A stretch of DNA of 64,000 nt from the human T2T-CHM13v2.0 reference genome, Homo sapiens. A program made the position numbers and the translations under genes. Numbering within the stretch: position 1 is the first letter of the stretch; every line of letters begins with the position of its first letter. A model generated the notes under the pieces. It did not search any database. It was not told the DNA's origin and worked only from the letters and a program-made list of their open reading frames with translations. Positions 50,801-64,000 of the stretch are shown here, in pieces. Where the stretch lies: assembly GCF_009914755.1 (NCBI RefSeq), contig NC_060947.1, one strand, 5' to 3'.

Positions 50801-52329
50801 TTATTACCAAGAAATGTTTACTAGAGGAACTTGTAGAGAATGTTAATGCTCCCCAAATTTAGTTCTGAGATACAAAAGCAATGATTTGCAAAGAAATTGG
50901 TAGCCATATGAGAAAATGTAGACAAATATTGATAATTATGCCTACTTTGGTGGATAACAAAACAAGATAAAACTAAAAAAGAAGCTCACAATAATAACAC
51001 CAAAGATTTGAGAAGTGAAATTCCTTAAAATTTTCTAGAATTTTTGTGTAATTCTGGAGAAGAGAGACATTAGATTTTGATATGTGTTTCATGTTAAAAT
51101 TTTAATTAAAAACTATTATAAAGAAACAGAATATATAACTGCTAAAACAATAAAGAGGAAAAATTAACTGAGCAAACAAACAAAATAGCTTGAACAAGGC
51201 ACGGAAGGAGACCAAAATAAGCATAGAAATGTATGCTAAATAGAAAAGACCAGTTTTCACTACCTATAAAATCCTATGATGACAGTAATCACAACAAATA
51301 GAATTGAAATGAACAAACCAACTTTTAAAAAGCACACATTCTTAGGTTGGACTTTGTAAAAATGTAGCTATATGTTATTGTCAACTAACATGCTTAAAAC
51401 ATAAGGACATAGAAAAACCAAATTTAACGAATGGGAAAAGATGTACCAGAAAAATACGTCTGAAGGAAACTCAATGCAGTCAGGTTAATCTCTCTGTGCC
51501 TAAATATTCTCATATTGGAAGCACAAATAATAAAAAATTGGATCTTAGAAGGTTCTTTTGAAAGGTTTCATTGAATTAATATATAAGCACTTACAGTATA
51601 GTGTGTAATGTAGTGAATGCTTGATCAAATTTAGCTATCATTATTATTCTGTCACACACATTGAACACATTCAAAAATTAGTCATCCATATCATAATCCA
51701 TATCATAAACCATCTCATTAACTACAATGCAATTTAAATACCACTGCTAAAATGTCCCCATATTTTGGGGATATTTAATGACAGCAACAATAGCATATTT
51801 CTAACTAATCCATGAATAAGAGAAGAAATTATCATGAGAATTTTTAAAATGTGCAAAACTCAAATATGAAAAATAATGAAAGATAAAACTCACTGGATGC
51901 AACAAAGATTACATATACATAAATGCACAACTTCAAATACTTTCATGAGGAAAAGAGAAAGGCTAAAACTAATGAACTAGACAGTTAGAAGTTGGGACAA
52001 GAAAATTGAATAAGCACGAAAGTACTAGTAGAAGATAATGAAGATAAGAGCAGACATTAGAGAAATAGAAAACAAAAAGGACACAATCAAAAGAATTAAC
52101 ACAACCAAAAAATTGTTCATGAAAAAGCATAATGAAGTAGATGAACCTCCAACAAGATCAGTCTAGTGAAATAAAAGGGATCCTTCTACATGTAAGGTAG
52201 AGATTTAAAATATGAATATAATGCTATAGAAAATACGTCAATTAATTTGAAAATTTAGATAAAATGGGCAAGTTTCTAAATAAATGCATTTTAAAAATAT
52301 TAACATTTTAGTTAAATGACATACAATGT

Positions 52330-52795
52330 AAAACAAAAAGCTAATGTTTATTTAAATATAGTTTTTTTCTTTTACAGTAAGTGCAGAAATAATCAGGTCA
52401 GAACTAGAGAGGCAGCTCAGAGGCATTATCAGAGATGCAGGGCTATATCCTTTATTCTAACATCCTAGTATATGGCTGCCGTCTTCAGGGTCAGCTCATC
52501 GTTGAAAATGGAGTTCAAGTCATCTGGTCTGAGTTTCAGGCCAGCAGATGGAGAAAAAGCAGAAGAAGCCAAAGAAAGGTCTTCTGTCTCCTAAACTAGC
52601 TTTCTTAAAGGAGTCATCCTGAAAGTCCCATACTGCACTCTGATTTGCAATTAATTGGCCAAAATCTAGTCATTTGGCTACAAGGAAGAATGAGAAAATG
52701 TCCTTTGTTCAAGGTGGTATTGTGTGTATTTTGTATATTGGAGTTCTGTTACTTAACTGGAAGGAAAGTATGAATGATTATTAGAAACTACAACA
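52330..52795 (-). mobile_element. Old MLT1 (K/L-like) LTR
   Basis: attggccaaaatctagtcatttggcta, ggagttctgttact motifs. Confidence 0.5.
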
Positions 52796-52811
52796 CTTAA
52801 AAATAGACTTA

Positions 52812-53243
<432 letters not shown>

Positions 53244-53704
53244 TTACATAGAGCTCTACCTTTAACACCAAGAGAGAAGATTAAAATTTATACACATTAT
53301 TCCAGATAAGAGAAAAAAAACCTTCTTCTCAACTCATTTTACAAGGTTAATATAACTTCATACTGAAACCAAAATACAGGGACTGCATAGAAGAGAGAAA
53401 TTACAGGTTAATCACACCAAATAAAGATAAAACTATCCTAAATAAAATATTAATAAGATGAATACAGCTTTATTTTTATATGTATATTTGTGTGTCTACA
53501 TATTATGTGTGAACTTAATTCTAGGAATAATAATAAATGACATTAGACAATAATACACCCACCACATGACCACATTAAAGAAAAATATCTTTATGATTAG
53601 GAGAAAACTCATCTGATATAATTCATTTAACAGGAATATGATAGATCTTGGCAAAGCAGAAATCAAAGGAAATGTGAAAGGTACACTGCAAACGAAAAGA
53701 TTTT

Positions 53705-54015
53705 AGGGAGTGGGAAAAATGGGGAGATGTTAGTCAAATAAAACAAGCTCTCAGTTATAAAATGAGTGAGCTCTAAAAAACAAATATACAGTATGGTGAC
53801 TATAGTTAATAATACTGTATTGTTTACTTGAAATTTACTAATAAGGCAGTTTTAGTGGCCACGTACACAGCACACATACACATACACACACACACCTATC
53901 AACAATAATGGATGTGCTAATTAATTTGACTGTGATAATCAGTACACAATGTATACACATATAAATCATCACATTGTATACCTTGGATATATACATTTTT
54001 ATTTGTTAGTTAAAT
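53705..54015 (+). mobile_element. L1MA 3'UTR fragment
   Basis: aatggggagatgttagtcaaa, tacagtatggtgactatagttaataatactgtattgt. Confidence 0.8.
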
Positions 54016-54019
54016 ATTT

Positions 54020-56424
54020 CTTTTTATTTTATTTCCAACTTTTATTTTAAGTTCAGTTGTACATGTGCAGGATGTGCAGGTTTGTTACATAGGTAAATGC
54101 GTGCCATGGTGGTTTGCTGCACAGGTCATCCCATTGCCTATGTATTAAGCCCAGCATCCATTAGCTCTGATGCTCTCCCTCCTCACCCCGCCCACCCTCC
54201 GACAGGCCCCATTGTGTGTTGTTCCCCCACCACCACCCACGTATCCATGTGTTCTCATCATTCAGCTCCCATTTATGAGTGAGAACATGTGGTATTTGGT
54301 TTTCTGTTCCTGTGTTAGTTTGCTGAGGATAATGGCTTCCAGCTCCATCCATGTCCCTGCAAAGGACATGATCTCATTCCTTTTTATGGCTGCATAATAT
54401 TCCATGGTGTGTATGTAACACATTTTCTTTATCCAGTCTTATTATCCATGGGCATTTAAGTTGTTGATTCCATGTTTTGCTATTGCGAATAGTGTTGAAA
54501 CAAACATATATGTGAATGTATCTTTATAATAGAATGATTTATATATTCCTTTGTGTCTATGCCCAGTAATGAAATTGCTGATCAAATGGTATTTCTGCCT
54601 CTAGGTCTTTGAGGAATCGCCATACTGTCTTCCATAATGGTCAAACTAATTTACACTCCCACCAACATTGTAATAGCATTCCTTTTCCTCCACACCCTTG
54701 CCAGCATCCATAGTTTTTTGATTTTTTAGTAATAGCCATTCTGATTATTGTGAGATAGTATCTCATTGTGGTTTTGATTTGCATTTCTCTAATGATCAGT
54801 GATGTTGAGCTTTTTTTCATGTTTGTTGGCCGCATGTATTTTTCTGAGGAATGTCTGTTCATGTCATGTGCCCACTTTTTAATGGGGTTGTTTTTTTCTT
54901 GTAAATTTGTTTAAGCTCCTTGTAGATACTGGATATTAGACCTTTGTCAGATGCATAGATTGCAAAATTTTTCTCCCATTCTGTAGGTTGTCTGTTCACT
55001 CTGATGATAGTTTATTTTGCTGTGCAGAAGCTCTTTAGTTTAATTAGATCCCATTTGTCAATTTTTGCTTTTGTTGCAATTGTTTTTGGTGTCTTCATTA
55101 TGAAATCTTGCCCATACTTATGTCCTGAATGGTATTGCCCAGATTTTCTTTTAGGGTTTTTTTTTATACTTTAAGTTTTAGGGTACATGTGCACAATGTG
55201 CAGGTTAGTTACATATGTATACATGTGCCATGTTGGTGTGCTGCACCCATCAACTCGTCATTTAACATTAGGTATATCTCCTAATGCTATCCCTCCCCTC
55301 TCCCCCTACCCCACAACAGTCCCCGGTGTGTGATGTTCCCCTTCCTGTGTCCATGTGTTCTCATTGTTCAATTCCCACCTATGAGTGAGAACATGTGGTG
55401 TTTGGTTTTTTGTCCTTGTGATAGTTTGCTGAGAATGATGGTTTCCAGCTTCATCCATGTCCCTACAAAGGACATGAACTCATCATTTTTTATGGCTGCA
55501 TAGTATTCCATGGTGTATATGTGCCACATTTTCTTAATTCAGTCTATCATTGTTGGACATTTGGCTTGGTTCCAAGTCTTTGCTATTGTACAAGAAAAAA
55601 ACAAACAGCCCCATCAAAAAGTGGACGAAGGATATGAACAGACACTTCTCAAAAGAAGGCATTTATGCAGCCAAAAGACACATGAAAAAATGCTCATCAT
55701 CACTGGCCATCAGAGAAATGCAAATCAAAACCACAGTGAGATACCATCACATACCAGTTAGAATGGCGATCATTAAAAAGTCAGGAAACAACAGGTGGTG
55801 GAGAGGATGTGGAGAAATAGGAACACTTTTACACTGTTGGTGGGACTGTAAACTAATTCAACCATTGTGGAAGTCAGTGTGGCAATTCCTCAGGGATCTT
55901 GAACTAGAAATACCATCTTTTAGGGTTTTTATAGTTTGGGGTTTTACATTTAAATCTTCAATCCAACCTGAGTTGATTTTTGTATATGGTGTAAGGAAGG
56001 GGTCCAGTTTCATTTTCTGCATATGGCTAGCCAGTTCTCCCAGGACCATATGTTAAATAGGAAATCCTTTCCCACTGCTTGTTTTTGTCAGGTTTGTGGA
56101 AGATCAGATGGTTGTAGGTGTGCAATCTTATTTCTGGGTTGTGTATTCTATTCCATTGGTCTATGTGTCTCTTCTTGTCCCAGTACCATGTTGTTTTGGT
56201 TATGGTAGCCTTGTAGTATATAATAGTTTGAAGTCAGGTAGCATGATGCCTCCAGCTTTGTTCTTTTTGCTTAAGATTGTCTTGGCTATTCGGGCTCTTT
56301 TCTGGTTCCATATAATTTTTTAAATACTTTTTTCTAATTCTGTGAAGAATGTCAATGGTAGTTTAATGAGGTTAGCGTTGAATCTATAAATTGCTTTGGG
56401 AAGTATGGCCATTTTTACGATATT
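54020..56424 (-). mobile_element. 5'-truncated L1PA (PA10/11-like) hosting a younger L1
   Basis: acatgtgcaggatgtgcaggtttgttacataggtaaa, ttaagcccagcatccattagct; ORFs 54641-54862(-) and 55858-56049(-) are L1 ORF2 pieces. Confidence 0.9.
55162..55915 (-). mobile_element. Twin-primed L1PA3/4 nested in L1PA: 55162-55589 minus, 55590-55915 plus
   Basis: Perfect 15-bp TSD tcttttagggttttt (55147-55161, 55916-55930); strand switch at tgctattgt|acaagaaaaaaac. Confidence 0.93.
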
Positions 56425-57056
56425 GAAATTTTTTAAAAAATTAGTTTACTATAGAATTTTACAAAATAACACAGATTTCAGAAGAACTGGCTCTTAAAAA
56501 CAAACAGGTAATTTAGGAAATGCAAAATTACCCCAGTTACAGTCAGGTTCTTCATGGTAGAGAGACAAGTTTTCTTATACCATTATGAATGGACTTCACA
56601 ATTCAGTATTGTCAATTTTGGAATAAAGACATGTGCAAGAGTGTTCATAAAAAAATTGCTCTAAATTTTAAAATCTACAAAAAAACACTTAAATGTCCAT
56701 CAATAGGAGAAGACATAAGTTATGATTTTATTCATGCAATGGAATACTATGTAGCAATGTAAATATTACACAATTATACCCATAAATACAAATGCCAAAA
56801 ACAGAAAAAAGCAAATTGCATAAAAGCGCATATGGAATAAATCCATTTAAACTAAGTTTTAAAACATTTGGAGTAACATTATTTGGAGACACATATATAT
56901 GTAGTAAAAGTATAAAAATAAATATTAAAAATAAATACAAAATTCATGATAGTTTTCTGGAGGACAGAGGGGCAATTGAGGGGGATAAAGGGGAATGTGA
57001 CTAGAGAGTGGAGGGTACACAAGTGGTTCAACAGTATTTGTACTGTATTATATATT

Positions 57057-57658
57057 TTTAAATTTTTTTAATTTTTAATTTTTATGGGTTCATATAGGTG
57101 TATATATTTATGAAGTACATGAGATGGGTTGATACAGGCATGCAATGTGTACAATGGGGTATTCATCTGCTCAAGTAATTTATCCTTTGTGCTACAAGCA
57201 ATCCAATTATACTCTAATTTTAGTTATTTTAAAGTGTACAATTAAACTAATTATTGACTATATCACCCTGTTGTGCTATCAAATACTAAGTCTTAATCAT
57301 TCTAACTATTTTTTTGTACCCATTAACCATCACCACCTTGTCTTAACACCCCAACCACCCATCCCAGACTCTGGTAACCATCCTTCTTCTCTCTATGTCT
57401 ATGAGTTCAATTGTTTTGATTTTTAGATCCAACATATAAGTGAGAACATGTGATGTCTGTCTTTCTGTGCCTGGCTTATTTCACTTAACCTAATGATCTC
57501 CCATTTCATCCATGCTGTTGCAAATGACTGGATCTCATTCATTTTTATGGTTCAATCGCTCCACTGTGTATATGTACTACATTTTCTTTACCCATTCATC
57601 TGTTGATGGACACTTCCAATCTTGCCTCTTGTGACCAGAGTGGCAACAAACGTGGAAG
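57057..57658 (-). mobile_element. L1MA2/3-like 3' fragment inserted in an L1ME 3'UTR
   Basis: tttttaatttttatgggttcatataggtgtatatatttatg...gatacaggcatgcaatg; approximate TSD actgtattata/actgcattata. Confidence 0.85.
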
Positions 57659-58787
57659 TACACTGCATTATATTTTAAGTCACTTAGTTGGAACTCAGAT
57701 GCTCATTATGTTATTCTTTATGCCTTTTTGTATATACAAAGCATGCATAATATATAACCCATTCATATTTGTGAAATGAAGTGTAAATTATGAGATTTTG
57801 ATATAAGGGATAGGATTAAGAATAAGCTGTTGAATTTGGCCAGATCATTGGTGATCTTTCAGAAAGTGATTTCCATAGAATGATAGAGCCAGAGGCCAGA
57901 TTGTAAAGGTTGAAGAAATGTTTTCAAGGCAAGGAAATAAAAGCATTGAGTGCATTTTAGTATTCCTAGAAGTTTGCTCCAAAAGTATCTATACAATTAG
58001 AGGGTAGGAAAGTCAAGGCATGGATTTTTAAAGCAGGAGATTGTAGATGTAAGCTGAGGAAAACAAACAAAGTAACAAACAAATCTTTGCATAGGAAAAA
58101 GTCCAAATCCTAAGAGTGATATTTGATGGGCCCAGATAGTGGATCCATTCAATACGGTGGCAGTTTCACCTTGAGAAAGAGTAGAGTTTCTACTCTGAAC
58201 TTCTAATAGTAGAGAGGAGAGAATAAAGATACAGACACAGATACCAATTACGGTTGTTGAGCATCATGTATTTAAAAAAAAAAAAAAACTTCTGGGGATG
58301 ATGGGGCCAACCTTCAAAGGAGTAAATTAATAACATTTATCAAACAGTCAAAATATGACTATTGTATACATGCAAATGTAAACACACAGGCTATATTTAT
58401 GGGTCTAAATGTTTCTTAAAATGATAAAATCTCTCATATAGTACAATCTATAATGAGAGTATAAATCCTTTTTCTTAATACAAGCATAAAAATTATTTCT
58501 CTTAGATAACTTTATTCAGACAAAAATGTATCTTAGGGTTTAAATAATGCCGTGGTATTTGTGGTACTTTGCACACATCCTGTTAAATTTAAGATCCTGG
58601 GAAGGCTCTGTGTTCTTTTTGAGATTTTTGCTGCTAGATGGTGATGCTGAGAAATAAGGACTTCAAAAAGGTCTCTGATAACAACCACTTCCCATCAGGG
58701 GATTTTCATCAGATTATGAGCTGTTTATCCCTGTTACAATAAATATTGCTGTGACTTTAGTATCCAATTATTAAGTAGCCAAATCTA

Positions 58788-59330
58788 TGAAGAGAATAAT
58801 AATATGCCACCCCAAAATATGTCACTTTGACATAAGGATTATTTTGAGCTGAAAGCAATTAAGAAGCAACAAACACAGAGCCCCTTGACCTCTCTCATCT
58901 GCCTAAAAGCAGATGATAAATTTCCCTTTGTGAAGATGTTCTTCCTTCCTTCTCCAATGCAAGTAGGGGAATGACCTTTATCATGGGAGGCAGAAATCCA
59001 GCACTGAGATGAGTCCACATGAATAAACCTTATTAAAATAATTCTTATTTTCCATTAGTTTCCCCCATATATTTACCTTCCCACAATTTCCCACCCCTAG
59101 ACGTTCAAATCTCTTTTCCTTTATTTTGTCACTTCTCTACAATTTATCACCCCTTGTTAAAATGATATATAAGCTCGTGGGTCTAACCACTTCTTTGGGT
59201 CTTCATTTCTTTTCCATGAAAGCCTCTATGTGTGTAAAAATTAAAATATTAACATTAAATAAAATTTGTATGCCTTTTCTTCTGTTAATCTGTCTTTTGT
59301 CAGTTTAATTTATAGGCCCTAGTAGCAGAG
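58788..59330 (+). mobile_element. MER34-family ERV1 LTR
   Basis: aatatgccaccccaaaatatgtcactttgacataaggattattttgagctga; tatataa; aataaaatttgtatgccttttcttctgttaatctgtcttttgtcagttt. Confidence 0.8.
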
Positions 59331-60330
59331 CATGTTTCCTTTCCAAATGTATACTAACAGGAGAAAACATTCGTAAAAGTTCTTTGGGTATGGTGACTCT
59401 CGTGAATTTTGTTTTGAGTACTCATTGGTTATTGACCCATTCCCTCCCAGGGGTAGCCATAATTTTCCTTTGTCTATACACTTTGTGCCATTTGTCATAA
59501 GAAGGAGAATTACATGGCAGAACATAGGCATGGGCCCTAAAAGCCTATTGTTCAAACTGGCCTCATAAGACTGGTGAGTTTATGGTTCTTACTGGGCCAG
59601 TGTCCATTTGGACACTGTGGGTCTCTAATTAATAAATAAATGAGATTCTCCTTCTGTCTGGTTTTATGTCCTTAGAGCTAGACTTAGATCCAGTAAAATC
59701 TTTCTCTCTCTCGCTCTGATTTTCTGCCTGCCAGGGGTATAGGTTGTGAGGTCTGCGTGTACAGGTGGCCAGACATCAGGCTAGGGGCCCAAGACATGTG
59801 CCTACTAATTGTGCCAGCTCTCAGGAGGAGTTTGTCTAACTAAAAGATATGGTGCATAAGGGGCCCTGGTAATCTCTTTCCTCATTGTCTTATTAGTGCT
59901 GGGAAAGTCCCATTTCAGTGTTGCCTGCCCAGTATCACAGATTAGCAGGTCCATGATAAGAGGCATCTGACTTTCATGGAAGACTGGATCACAAACACCA
60001 TTCATATTACCTGTGGCAATGGGAATCTTAGCTTTCTTTCTTTTTGGAGTGACTTTGAGTCATGGGAGTACATCTTTTACACACTTTTTGAGGACTTCTT
60101 TTGCATCCATGGTTAAGCCATAAAAGGCTTATTGGTTTTAAGTCATAAAAAGGCTTTTTGGTTTTGGTTTTGAGTCACATTGGAATAGGTATACCTTTAG
60201 AAAAGAAAAAGGTTGGTGGGGGGTGGTGTGTGGAAGGGTCAGAAGAGTGTCATGGTTGTCCTGAAAAACTCCCTTAACAATCTTAGGAGGCAGATATCAG
60301 ACTTGGAACAAAAGTTAAGAATTACAAAAA
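59331..60330 (+). mobile_element. Probable ERV1 (MER34/MER4-group) internal leader remnant
   Basis: Follows the LTR; motifs such as gttaagccataaaaggcttattggtttt and ctcaggaggagtttgtctaa resemble MER4-group internals; PBS not recognisable. Confidence 0.5.
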
Positions 60331-60396
60331 TCACCCTGGCTTACAGGGCATACAAATTACTTACATAAATGCTGACAGGTAGAAAATAACTGGCCA

Positions 60397-60785
<389 letters not shown>

Positions 60786-60807
60786 TCAACATTAAAATAT
60801 CTCACAG

Positions 60808-62025
<1,218 letters not shown>

Positions 62026-62438
62026 TAAAATATCTCACAGAATGACTTTTCATATAAGCTATTAGCTATTGATGGACTATTTAGGATATTTAATATTCCA
62101 AATATTTCATACTCATATGAATATTCAATATTGACAGATGGCAAGTAAAAGCTAAATGACCTTTTAATTTCTTTTTCAGTACTATGATTAATGCATCTAC
62201 AAAGCTTTGTGCTCACAAAAGCCCAGAGTAGGCAAGTAGTCCATTGAAAGTACTAGGAAAATATTTTCAAAATTTCATGACTTGTGGGGAATATATTGAG
62301 CCTTTGAATTAAATCAAACTGTGGCCGCCTATAAGACAAAGTTACTTTACTTTTGATTAATCTTGCAATTTATTTTCATCCTCCACAACAATGTGGTCCA
62401 TTAAGTTCTATTTCTTAGCATAACTAGAGATGGCTTTA

Positions 62439-62847
62439 TGTGTTACTCTGCATTGCCATAATGGAATACGTGAGATTGGGTAATTTATAAAGAAAAGAAG
62501 TCTATTTGGCTCACAGTTCTACAGGCTGTACATGAAGCACAGTGCCGGCATCTGCTTCCAGTGAGGGCCTCAGGAAGCTTACAGTCGTGGTGAAAGGTGA
62601 AAGACAGCCAGCATGTCACATGGTGAGAGAGGGAGCAAGAGAGAGAAGGAGGAGGTGCTCTTTTAAACAACCAGATCCCATGTAAACTCATAGAGTGAGA
62701 ACTCACTCATTATCACAAGGACAGCACCAAGCCATTCATGAAGTATCCACCCTCATAACCCAAAACCTCCCACTAGGCCCACCTCCAGCACTGGAGATCA
62801 CATTTCAACATGTGATTTGGAGGGGTCAAAATATCCAAACCAAATCT
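62439..62847 (-). mobile_element. MSTB-like MaLR solo LTR
   Basis: gggtaatttataaagaaaagaagtctatttggctcacagttct...ggatcacatttcaacatgtgatttggagggg-like terminus. Confidence 0.88.
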
Positions 62848-62973
62848 TTAAACAATTCCCATATAAATGCAGCATAGAATTTGGAGTACTTGTTAAAATA
62901 ATGTTGCAAAGTTCCAGACTACTGCTGCTCCAAATAAAAAATTTACCTGTATGATTTAAAATTTCTATCCGTG

Positions 62974-63331
<358 letters not shown>

Positions 63332-63689
63332 TTATCAAAATCTGGCTTTGAAAGAGAAAGCTCCATTGATGTTTGTTTCCATGATTATGAACCTAATTTC
63401 TATATTTTTTAAAGAAATGTAAATTTTCTCAGCCCTGAGCAAGTAGAGTGAGATTTCTCTTACTTAATCGGATTGAATTTTGGAGGTGGGCCCAATAGAA
63501 ATTACTAATTTTCCAGAATCACATGATCTATAATTGTGGTAGCTGATACCAGAAAATACAAGGACCAATAAAACATTTCCACTCAGTTGAAGATAATATC
63601 AGGAGTGGGGACGAAGCCTGCATGTCGATACGTTTTTCTGTTACAAACTTTGTGATGATGATGATGTTGAAGAGTATTATAATGATGAT

Positions 63690-63860
63690 GATACAAATAA
63701 CTGCCATTCATTAAGCACATTATTCATGTATCAGGCACTGTGCAAGATGCTTTACATCTGCTTTTTCACATATGTGGGTGCTCCATCTCACATCACAACA
63801 GTACCCCGTCAGCATTTTGTCTGACTTTTAGTAGAAAGCTCATATTTTTTGCCCACATTA
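63690..63860 (-). mobile_element. MIR SINE fragment
   Basis: ccattcattaagcacat...tgtatcaggcactgtgcaagatgctttacat. Confidence 0.6.
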
Positions 63861-64000
63861 TTCACATCAACATTATTGATATAAGGTGGGTCTATCACAT
63901 TCTATCCAAATAAGTTATCTCATAAGAAGAATTAGCCTCAAATTAGCCTTTTAGCATCATCCAGAATTCATCTTTTAAAAAATCCAGTTTTGTAGTATAA

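Noticed and set aside
55550-56056. 168-aa ORF as a novel protein
   Set aside because: Chimera produced by the L1 inversion and nesting junctions; no promoter or splice evidence.

Overview
Primate (very probably human/great-ape) AT-rich, repeat-dense non-coding DNA, intergenic or deep intronic. I find no credible host protein-coding gene; the ORF track is explained by L1, Alu, LTR and HERV-H remnants or by chance. Layout: a nested minus-strand pile of old L1M elements (~4.4-17.0 kb); mostly unique/MIR/L2/DNA-transposon sequence (~17-33 kb); a long plus-strand ancient L1M (~33.3-50 kb) interrupted by a complete 5.86-kb HERV-H provirus with LTR7 LTRs and a perfect 5-bp TSD (35158-41020); then more L1s, Alus and LTRs. 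I see no new gene-based biological system. The best second-look items are: (i) a 229-bp copy of a unique L1 inversion junction pasted 1.55 kb away into an AluJ with a scrambled fold-back patchwork; (ii) a locally templated insertion that destroys the second ACAAAAGA (SOX-type) motif in the 3' LTR only; (iii) an 845-bp almost pure A/T minisatellite grown from an AluY tail; (iv) three twin-primed L1s with three different junction outcomes. Subfamily names come from remembered consensus sequences, not a database search. Boundaries of old repeats are approximate.
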